Assembly: GCF_051216415.1 (NCBI RefSeq)
Contig: NZ_JBPJZG010000006.1
Coordinates: forward strand, 206,601 to 230,600
DNA: 24,000 nucleotides
Direction: 5' to 3'
Source of the DNA: Variovorax sp. LT1R20
GTDB taxonomy: Bacteria; Pseudomonadota; Gammaproteobacteria; Burkholderiales; Burkholderiaceae_C
Below are positions 1 through 6,877 of the stretch, in pieces (the first letter of the stretch is position 1; each line of letters opens with the position of its first letter). The notes under the pieces were generated by a model. It saw nothing but the letters and a program-made list of their open reading frames with translations. It made no database searches and was not told the DNA's origin. Made by a program: the position numbers and the translations under genes.

Positions 1-2
1 CC

Positions 3-602
3 TACGAGCAGACCAAGATCGACGCCTTCGCCGCGCACTCGCGCGTGCCCGTCATCAACGGCCTCACGAACGAGTTCCACCCCTGCCAGATCCTGGCGGA
101 CATCTTCACCTACATCGAGCATCGCGGCTCGATCCAGGGCAAGACGGTGGCCTGGGTGGGCGATGGAAACAACATGGCCAACACCTGGCTGCAGGCGGCC
201 GAGATCCTGGGCTTCACGGTGCATGTGAGCACGCCCAGCGGCTACGAGGTGGACCAGTCGATCGCCGGCATCCGCTCGGGCGACAGCTACAAGGTCTTCA
301 AGGACCCGATGGAAGCCTGCCGCGGCGCCGACCTCGTCACCACCGACGTGTGGACCAGCATGGGCTACGAAGCCGAGAACGAGGCGCGCCGCAAGGCTTT
401 TGCCGACTGGTGCGTCGACGAAGACATGATGCGCATCGCCCAGCCCGGCGCCCTCTTCATGCACTGCCTGCCCGCGCACCGCGGCGAGGAAGTGCAGGCC
501 GAGGTCATCGACGGCCCGCAGTCGGTCGTGTGGGACGAAGCCGAGAACCGCCTCCATGCCCAGAAGGCGCTGATGGAGTTCCTGCTGCTCGGCAAGCTCT
601 GA
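3..602 (+). CDS. argF: Ornithine carbamoyltransferase, C-terminal part (5' end lies outside the window)
   Basis: The frame is open to the window edge. The translation contains SRVPVINGLT, DVWTSMG and HCLPAHRGEEV, motifs typical of OTCase. GC3 is high and the stop is at 600-602. Confidence 0.9.
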   Translation, partial: YEQTKIDAFAAHSRVPVINGLTNEFHPCQILADIFTYIEHRGSIQGKTVAWVGDGNNMANTWLQAAEILGFTVHVSTPSGYEVDQSIAGIRSGDSYKVFKDPMEACRGADLVTTDVWTSMGYEAENEARRKAFADWCVDEDMMRIAQPGALFMHCLPAHRGEEVQAEVIDGPQSVVWDEAENRLHAQKALMEFLLLGKL

Positions 603-628
603 GCAGCTGAAGAAGAAGGCGCGGCCGC

Positions 629-946
629 GTGTCCCATTGCCAGCAATGCGGCGCCTGCTGCGCCAGCTACCGCGTCGACTTCAGCGTGCATGAACTCGAC
701 GACAACGGCGGCCGCGTGCCGTCGGGCCTGGCGGTCGAGGTGAACGACGCCCTCTGCCGCATGCGCGGCACTGACCACACGCCGATGCGCTGCGCGGCGC
801 TCACCGGGAAGATCGGCCAAGCGGTGGCCTGCGGCATCTACGAATGGCGACCCAACCCGTGCCACGAGCTGCAGTCCGGCAGCGACGCCTGCGAACGGGC
901 GCGCGCCCGGCACGGCCTCCCTGCGCTCTCGTCGCTGGATTCCTGA
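629..946 (+). CDS. YkgJ-family (CxxCxxCC) zinc/iron-chelating cysteine-cluster protein
   Basis: GTG start at 629. The N-terminal HCQQCGACC cluster plus later Cys residues (CRMRG, CAALTG, ACGIYEWRPNPC) fit the YkgJ/UPF0153 pattern recalled from memory. Confidence 0.7.
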   Translation: MSHCQQCGACCASYRVDFSVHELDDNGGRVPSGLAVEVNDALCRMRGTDHTPMRCAALTGKIGQAVACGIYEWRPNPCHELQSGSDACERARARHGLPALSSLDS

Positions 947-1021
947 GCCACATCATCTCGTCACATCGTATGTTGTAAATAACCGACACCACGCCCCCTC
1001 GCCCGGCGCTAACTTCGCGCC

Positions 1022-1669
1022 ATGCGTTCTCTGCAACCCCAACCCCGCGTCTGGGACATCTCCCCCCCGGTGCATGAAGGCGCGCCGGTGTTCCCCGGCG
1101 ACACGCCCTACCAGCAGCGCTGGGCCGCGACCATTTCGCCGGACTGCCCGGTCAACGTCAGCGAGATCAAGCTCTCGCCCCACGTCGGCGCGCACGCCGA
1201 TGCGCCCCTGCACTACGACCCCGAGGGCCAGACCATCGGCAATGTCGATCTCGCGCCCTTCCTCGGCCCGTGCCGGGTGATCCATGCCATCGCCAAGGGG
1301 CCGCTGATCGAGTGGGAGCACATCGCGCATGCAGTGACGAGCGACCTGCCGCCCCGCGTGCTGGTGCGCACCTACGCCACCATGCCCGTCGGCCACTGGG
1401 ACCCGCAGCTCGCCGCCTACGCGCCCGCCACCGTCGAGCGCCTGGCCGCGATGGGCGTGAAGCTCATCGGCATCGACACCGCCAGCATCGACCCGGCCGA
1501 CAGCAAGACGCTGGAGAGCCACCAACGCATCCGCCGCCTGGACCTGCGCGTGCTCGAGAACCTCGTGCTCGACGCCGTGCCCGAGGGCGACTACGAACTC
1601 ATCGCGCTGCCGCTCAAGCTGGTGAGCGCCGATGCCTCCCCCGTTCGCGCCGTGCTGCGCAGTCTATGA
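1022..1669 (+). CDS. kynB: Kynurenine formamidase (cyclase-family arylformamidase)
   Basis: 215-aa ORF with the [13 protein letters not shown] metal-binding motif of cyclase/KynB proteins. It sits directly upstream of kynU and kynA. Confidence 0.9.
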   Translation: MRSLQPQPRVWDISPPVHEGAPVFPGDTPYQQRWAATISPDCPVNVSEIKLSPHVGAHADAPLHYDPEGQTIGNVDLAPFLGPCRVIHAIAKGPLIEWEHIAHAVTSDLPPRVLVRTYATMPVGHWDPQLAAYAPATVERLAAMGVKLIGIDTASIDPADSKTLESHQRIRRLDLRVLENLVLDAVPEGDYELIALPLKLVSADASPVRAVLRSL

Positions 1670-1805
1670 ATCTCCCCCAGTCTTCGCGCACTTCGTGTCG
1701 CTACGCCAACCCCCTCGCCGGGGGCAACACCAGCGGCCCGGCAAAGCCGGTTCCGCGGTGTTCCACGACCGAAGCATCGCCAACCCCGACCCCACAAAAC
1801 CCATC

Positions 1806-3089
1806 ATGACCCTCGACGATTGCCGCGCGCTCGACGCGCAAGACCCGCTGCGCGCCCTGCGCGATCAATTCACCATTCCTGCCGACGTTCTCTACCTCGA
1901 CGGCAACTCGCTCGGCGTGATGCCCAAGGCGGCGCCCGCACGCATCGCCGAAGTAGTGACCAAGGAATGGGGCGAAGGCCTCATCCGCTCGTGGAACACC
2001 GCGAGCTGGTTCGACCTGCCGCAACGCCTGGGCGACAAGGTGGCCCGGCTCATCGGCGCCGCGCCCGGCGAAGTGGTGTGCACCGACAGCACCTCGGTCA
2101 ATCTCTACAAGGTGCTGTTCGCCGCCCTCTCGCAGCAAAAGGACAGCGGCCGCAAGCTGGTGATCAGCGAGCGCAGCAACTTCCCGACCGACCTCTACAT
2201 CGCCGAATCGCTGTGCCGCGAGCGCGGCTTCACGCTCAAGCTCATCGACGCGAGCGAACTGCAAGGCCCGGATTCGGTGCTGACCGACGAGGTGGCCGTG
2301 CTGATGCTCACGCACGTCAACTACCGCACCGGCGCCATGCACGACATGAAGGCCATCACCGCCGCCGCGCACGCGGTGGGCGCGCTCACGGTGTGGGACC
2401 TCGCGCACAGCGCGGGCGCCGTGCCCGTGGCGCTGAACGACAGCAATGCCGACTACGCGATCGGCTGCGGCTACAAGTACCTGAACGGCGGCCCGGGCGC
2501 ACCGGCCTTCGCATGGGTCAACACCCGGCACGCGGGCCAGTTCGAGCAGCCGCTGTCGGGCTGGTGGGGCCACGCGGCACCCTTCGAGTTCACGCCGCAC
2601 TACCGGCCCGCACCGGGCGTGGGTCGCTACCTCTGCGGCACGCAACCGATCATCGCGCTGGCAGGTCTGGAGTGCGGGCTCGACACGGTGCTCGCCGCCG
2701 AAGCCTTCAACAAGGACCAGGGCGCGATGGCCGCGCTGCGCACGAAGTCGCTCGCGCTCACCGATCTCTTCATCAAGCTGGTCGAAGAACGCTGCGCGGG
2801 ACAAGGCCTCTCGCTCATCACGCCACGCGACCACGCGCAGCGCGGCTCGCAGGTGTGCCTCAGCCGCGACGAAGGCGCCTACGCCATCGTGCAGGCGCTG
2901 ATCGCGCGCGGCGTGATCGGCGACTACCGCGCCGGCGATTCGCAGATGCCCGACATCCTGCGCTTCGGCTTCACGCCGCTGTACATCGGCTTCGAGGATG
3001 TGTGGAACTCGGTCGAACACCTGGTGCAGGTGCTCGAGACGGGCGAGTGGCGACGCGAAGAATTCAACCGCAAGAACGCAGTGACATGA
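1806..3089 (+). CDS. kynU: Kynureninase (PLP-dependent)
   Basis: Kynureninase-like sequence starts at [15 protein letters not shown] (ATG 1806). It includes the [15 protein letters not shown]-lysine region. The 58 upstream codons of the ORF (from 1632) are Pro/Arg-rich and were judged non-coding. Confidence 0.92.
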   Translation: MTLDDCRALDAQDPLRALRDQFTIPADVLYLDGNSLGVMPKAAPARIAEVVTKEWGEGLIRSWNTASWFDLPQRLGDKVARLIGAAPGEVVCTDSTSVNLYKVLFAALSQQKDSGRKLVISERSNFPTDLYIAESLCRERGFTLKLIDASELQGPDSVLTDEVAVLMLTHVNYRTGAMHDMKAITAAAHAVGALTVWDLAHSAGAVPVALNDSNADYAIGCGYKYLNGGPGAPAFAWVNTRHAGQFEQPLSGWWGHAAPFEFTPHYRPAPGVGRYLCGTQPIIALAGLECGLDTVLAAEAFNKDQGAMAALRTKSLALTDLFIKLVEERCAGQGLSLITPRDHAQRGSQVCLSRDEGAYAIVQALIARGVIGDYRAGDSQMPDILRFGFTPLYIGFEDVWNSVEHLVQVLETGEWRREEFNRKNAVT

Positions 3090-3934
3090 CCGCCGAAAAA
3101 CACACCGAGAACATCGTCCACGAAGAGAAGGCGCAACTGGACTTCAGCAAGTCCATGAGCTACGGCGACTACCTGCACCTGGACGAGATCCTCAACGCCC
3201 AGCACCCGCTCTCGCCCGCGCACGACGAGATGCTGTTCATCGTGCAGCACCAGACCAGCGAGCTCTGGATGAAGCTGATGCTGCACGAGCTGCGCGCAGC
3301 CACCACCTGCATCGCCGATGAGAAGCTGGCCGACGCCTTCAAGAGGCTCGCGCGGGTGAGCCGCATCATGGAACAGCTGGTGAGCGCATGGACCGTGCTC
3401 TCGACCATGACGCCCCCCGAGTACACGGCGATGCGCCCCTACCTCGCCAACTCCAGCGGCTTCCAGAGTGCTCAGTACCGCTGCATCGAGTTCGCGCTCG
3501 GCAACAAGAACGCCGCGATGCTCAAGCCACATGCGCACCGCGCCGATCTGCTCGCGCAGGTCGAGGCGGCCTACCGCTCGCCATCGCTCTACGACGAGTC
3601 GCTGCGCCTCCTCGCGCGCCACGGCCTGCCGGTGCCTGCCGACCGGCTGGAGCGCGACTGGACGCAGCCTTATGAATCGAGCGACGGCGTCGAGGCGGCC
3701 TGGCTCGTGGTCTACCGCAACCCGCACGACCACTGGGACCTGTACCAGCTCGGCGAAAAGCTCACCGACCTCGAAGACGCCTTCCGCCTCTGGCGTTTCC
3801 GCCATGTGACGACCGTCGAACGCGTGATCGGCTTCAAGCGCGGCACCGGCGGCACGGGCGGCGTGAGCTACCTTCGCAAGATGCTCGATGTGGTGCTGTT
3901 CCCCGAGATCTGGAAGCTGCGCACCGACCTCTGA
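3086..3934 (+). CDS. kynA: Tryptophan 2,3-dioxygenase
   Basis: The last 282 aa of the 704-aa ORF ([11 protein letters not shown]...[11 protein letters not shown]) read as TDO. ATG 3086 overlaps the kynU stop (ATGA), which suggests translational coupling. Confidence 0.92.
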   Translation: MTAEKHTENIVHEEKAQLDFSKSMSYGDYLHLDEILNAQHPLSPAHDEMLFIVQHQTSELWMKLMLHELRAATTCIADEKLADAFKRLARVSRIMEQLVSAWTVLSTMTPPEYTAMRPYLANSSGFQSAQYRCIEFALGNKNAAMLKPHAHRADLLAQVEAAYRSPSLYDESLRLLARHGLPVPADRLERDWTQPYESSDGVEAAWLVVYRNPHDHWDLYQLGEKLTDLEDAFRLWRFRHVTTVERVIGFKRGTGGTGGVSYLRKMLDVVLFPEIWKLRTDL

Positions 3935-3941
3935 GCGTCAC

Positions 3942-4255
3942 AGGCCGCGTGCAACAATCGCCGCGGCACCGGACCTTCAAGACTCGACAAGGCAGGCGAT
4001 TCGTCGCTTTCCTTGTGCTGCGGGGCACCCCCGCGGTGGATGGATGGGTACGCATTTCGGCGCGTGAGCGGGACTGCGCTATCGCGCAGCGCAGCTAGCG
4101 CATCACCGGCTGGTTGAAGGGCCGGTTGCCACCTTCGTTCCACTTCACCGCCTTCATGACGCGCGAACCGAGCTACAGGGAATGGATTGCACGCGGCCTC
4201 GCGCATGCCCTGCTGGCCGATGCGAGGCAGCCGGGCGGCACCGCGCCGAATGCGT
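3942..4255 (+). ncRNA. Candidate retron non-coding RNA region (msr-msd-like structured leader); boundaries uncertain
   Basis: A perfect 13-bp inverted repeat joins 3942-3954 (AGGCCGCGTGCAA) to 4187-4199 (TTGCACGCGGCCT). A second long-range pairing joins 4050-4064 to 4242-4255 (14 bp, one bulged T). Local hairpins lie at 3987-4016 (UUCG loop), 4074-4089 and 4105-4126. The region sits immediately 5' of a retron-type RT. No branching G could be assigned with confidence. Confidence 0.3.
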
Positions 4256-5541
4256 TGCGTGCGCGGGCCGAAGCGGCACTGGGCGCCGATCCGCCGTGGC
4301 TGACGCTGCTGGCCGAAGAACTCGGCAAGCGCTCGCTCGCGACATGGGAGCGCACCGATCTTCCCGGGCTGACGCAGGCGATCCTCGACACGCCGGCGCT
4401 GGAGCTGGCCTTCGAACAGGACGAACTGCCCCGCATTCGCCGGCTCATCCTGCGTCCGGCCGACATGCTCCCGCGCCCGATGGGCCTCGACCACTTCGCC
4501 TTGCCTCGGCTGCCCACACTGGCCGATCTCGCGCAGTGGCTCGAACTCGAACCCGACCGCCTCGCGTGGCTCACCGCCGCATCGCAGTCCTTCCGTGCGC
4601 CGGACACATCGAGCCCGCGCCCCGCATCGCACTACCGCTACCAGATGCAGTCCAAGCGCCTCGGCGGCCTGCGGCTGCTCGAGATTCCCAAGGCTGACCT
4701 CAAGCGTGTGCAGCGCCGCATCCTCGACGACCTGCTGCAGCAGATACCGGTGCACGAGGTGGCCCATGGCTTCGTGCAGGAGCGCTCGGTCGCGAGCCAT
4801 GCGGCCGCGCACGTCGGCAAGGATGTGGTGATCGGCTTCGACCTGCGCGATTTCTTTCCCAGCGTTCGCGCATCGCGCGTGCATGCGCTGTGGCGCACGC
4901 TGGGCTATCCCGAAGGCGTGGCGCGCGCGCTCACCGCGCTGTGCACGCACCGCACGTCGACGGCGGTGATCGAGCGCCTTCGCGACGACGGCGGGCTCGA
5001 CTGGATGGGCGCCAAGCGCCTGGCCGAACCGCATCTGCCGCAGGGCTCGCCCTGCTCGCCCGCGCTGGCGAACCTCTGCGCCTTTCGCCTCGACCTGCGG
5101 CTCGAAGGACTGGCGTGGGCCTTCGGCGCCACCTACACGCGCTATGCGGACGACCTCGTGTTCTCGGGTCCTGCGACGCTCCGCGGGCAGTTCAACGCGC
5201 TGCGTGCCTGGGTCGACGGCATCGCTGCCGACGAAGGCTTCGCGTTTCATCCGCGCAAGGTGCGCTGCATGCCGCGGCACCACCAGCAGCGCGTGACGGG
5301 CGTGGTCGTGAACGAGAAGGCGAACACGCCGCGCGTCGACTTCGACCGGCTGAAGGCGGTGCTTCATCAGTGCGTGCTGCACGGCCCCGCAAGCCAGAAC
5401 CGCGCGAAGGTGACCGACTTCCGCGGCCACCTGCTGGGCCACATCGCGTGGATCGGCCAGTTCAATCCGGCGCGCAAGGCAAGGCTGATGCGCCTCTTCG
5501 AACGCATCGAATGGCCAGTCGTCCCGCAATCGGCGGGCTGA
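4156..5541 (+). CDS. Retron-type reverse transcriptase with N-terminal extension
   Basis: The protein is collinear with retron RTs such as Ec86 as I recall them. Shared features are LADLAQWLELEPDRL, YRYQMQSKRLGGLRLLEIP, IGFDLRDFFPS (motif A, from 4834), LPQGSPCSPALANL (5035-5076), YTRYADDLVFS (YADD 5143-5154) and QRVTGVVVN (VTG 5293-5301). The start is uncertain. Candidates are ATG 4156 (given), TTG 4114 (ORF-track start), TTG 4255 and ATG 4465. None has a clear Shine-Dalgarno sequence. Confidence 0.88.
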   Translation: MTREPSYREWIARGLAHALLADARQPGGTAPNALRARAEAALGADPPWLTLLAEELGKRSLATWERTDLPGLTQAILDTPALELAFEQDELPRIRRLILRPADMLPRPMGLDHFALPRLPTLADLAQWLELEPDRLAWLTAASQSFRAPDTSSPRPASHYRYQMQSKRLGGLRLLEIPKADLKRVQRRILDDLLQQIPVHEVAHGFVQERSVASHAAAHVGKDVVIGFDLRDFFPSVRASRVHALWRTLGYPEGVARALTALCTHRTSTAVIERLRDDGGLDWMGAKRLAEPHLPQGSPCSPALANLCAFRLDLRLEGLAWAFGATYTRYADDLVFSGPATLRGQFNALRAWVDGIAADEGFAFHPRKVRCMPRHHQQRVTGVVVNEKANTPRVDFDRLKAVLHQCVLHGPASQNRAKVTDFRGHLLGHIAWIGQFNPARKARLMRLFERIEWPVVPQSAG

Positions 5542-5614
5542 ACGCTCGCATGTACCGGTTGCCACACCCGCGCAAAGCGCTACATTTTTGGCAACAACGA
5601 CGGAGGCTACTGCC

Positions 5615-6865
5615 ATGCACAACATCCGGTTCTCACCCGACGAGATCTCCACCTTGCGGGCACACGGCGTCGTGCTGTTCGCGGATCGCGTGATCTTCGA
5701 TGCGCAGCCGCCGATGCCGGCGCAGCAGATCGCGGCGGTACAGGCCCTCTGCGCCGGACCGATTCCCGAGGCGCTGGTCGCGTTGTGGCAAGAGACGGCG
5801 GGCGGCCGCCTCGACTACGACCTAGCGCTGCCGATGAACGGCAACATCGAAAACGTGAGCTGGTCGGAGCTGTTCTGGGACGGCAGCGACGGCTACCGCG
5901 ACCTGCAGGGCTGGATCGAGCATGAGCAGGCGCTGGCCGAAGACGCCGCCGCCGAGAGCGGCACGCCCTGGAGCGGCAAGATCACCCACCTGCCCTTCGG
6001 CGGCTTCGAGTACCTCGACCGGATCTACACCGTGGTCGAGTCCGGCGAAGCATACGGCCGGGTCATCGCATGGAAGCAGGGCCTGCCGCCGGCCTGGACG
6101 CACGCACTGCACGAAGACACCCTGAGCACCGTCGCGCCGGACCTGCACGGCGCCTTCGCGGCGCTGCACCTGGACGAAGACCCGCTGGCCCCCACGAGCG
6201 ACTACTTCTCGGGCCAGACCCTGCTGCAGTACCTGGACGACCGCCACCAGGACCACGGGCTGGACCTCGACCTGATGGACAAGCTGGTCACCTTCTACTG
6301 CCGCGCGGTGGTCGACTGGCGCACGCCACTGGCGGACGGCACGCTGCGCCATCATCCGGCGCTCGCGCGCGCGGCGCTGCACCACGCGATCGCGACCGAC
6401 GATGCGCAGCTGGTGGCCGAGCTGGCGGCTTCGGGCGTGAGCTTCGACGGGCCGCAGCAGGGCAGCGCCCTCGCGACCGACGTTGCGCTGAGCCAGAGCG
6501 CCTTCGCAGCGGCTGCGGCCCTGGTGCGCGCGGGCGCGCCGGTGGCGGTCGATGCCTTGCGCAGCGTCGATGGCCAGATCGCGCCCGAACTCACGAGCGC
6601 GCTGCTGGCCAACGGCGCCGAGCCGAGCGTGGCAGCCATCGTCAAGTGCGTGGCCTGCGGCGCCCCCGCAAGCGCGCACCTGATCGCCGATGCCTGCACC
6701 GAAGCCGGCATCGACGTGCCGCCGGCCTTTGTCGCGGACCGCGACGCGATGCTGACGGAACTGGAAACGACGTTGGTGAAAGTGCGCGATGGCTCGCTCG
6801 GCCACTACCTCGGGCCGGAAGGCTTGGCGGAACGCATCGAGCACCTGCAGACCTTCAGGCTCTGA
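5615..6865 (+). CDS. SUKH (SMI1/KNR4)-like N-terminal domain plus ankyrin-like C-terminal repeats; putative partner/effector of the RT
   Basis: ATG 5615 is preceded by GGAGG at 5602-5606, whereas the ORF-track start at 5588 lacks an RBS. Residues ~35-190 (nt ~5717-6184) fit the SUKH pattern, including IPEALVALWQETAGGRLDY and LPFGGFEYLDRIYTVVESGEAYGRVIAW. Residues ~245-370 (nt ~6347-6724) contain ANK-like units such as ALHHAIATDDAQLVAELAASGVSFDG. The gene is 73 nt downstream of the RT on the same strand. Domain calls come from pattern memory, not a search. Confidence 0.65.
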   Translation: MHNIRFSPDEISTLRAHGVVLFADRVIFDAQPPMPAQQIAAVQALCAGPIPEALVALWQETAGGRLDYDLALPMNGNIENVSWSELFWDGSDGYRDLQGWIEHEQALAEDAAAESGTPWSGKITHLPFGGFEYLDRIYTVVESGEAYGRVIAWKQGLPPAWTHALHEDTLSTVAPDLHGAFAALHLDEDPLAPTSDYFSGQTLLQYLDDRHQDHGLDLDLMDKLVTFYCRAVVDWRTPLADGTLRHHPALARAALHHAIATDDAQLVAELAASGVSFDGPQQGSALATDVALSQSAFAAAAALVRAGAPVAVDALRSVDGQIAPELTSALLANGAEPSVAAIVKCVACGAPASAHLIADACTEAGIDVPPAFVADRDAMLTELETTLVKVRDGSLGHYLGPEGLAERIEHLQTFRL

Positions 6866-6877
6866 AGGCCGGAGCGC

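Noticed and set aside
1632-1805. 58-codon upstream extension of kynU
   Set aside because: It is Pro/Arg-rich and overlaps the kynB 3' end. Kynureninase similarity starts at the Met at 1806.
1820-3085. N-terminal 422 codons of the 704-aa plus-strand ORF that ends as kynA
   Set aside because: This part overlaps kynU out of frame and is Arg/Pro/Gly-rich. TDO-like sequence begins only at ATG 3086.
3942-4199. The 13-bp inverted repeat as terminal repeats of a MITE/IS fragment
   Set aside because: The arms have no flanking direct target-site duplication (GTCAC versus CGCGC) and there is no transposase. The position directly 5' of a retron-type RT makes an RNA stem the better explanation.
4114-5541. 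RT as a group II intron maturase or a DGR reverse transcriptase
   Set aside because: There is no maturase/X or endonuclease domain and no intron domain V/VI-like structure nearby. I noticed no template/variable repeat pair in the window. The motifs (VTG segment, overall collinearity with Ec86) are retron-like.
3868-5652. 594-aa minus-strand ORF covering the whole RT locus
   Set aside because: It is antisense to a protein with unambiguous RT motifs. Its translation is Arg/Ala/Gly-rich with no recognisable domain. This is the typical shadow ORF of a high-GC gene.
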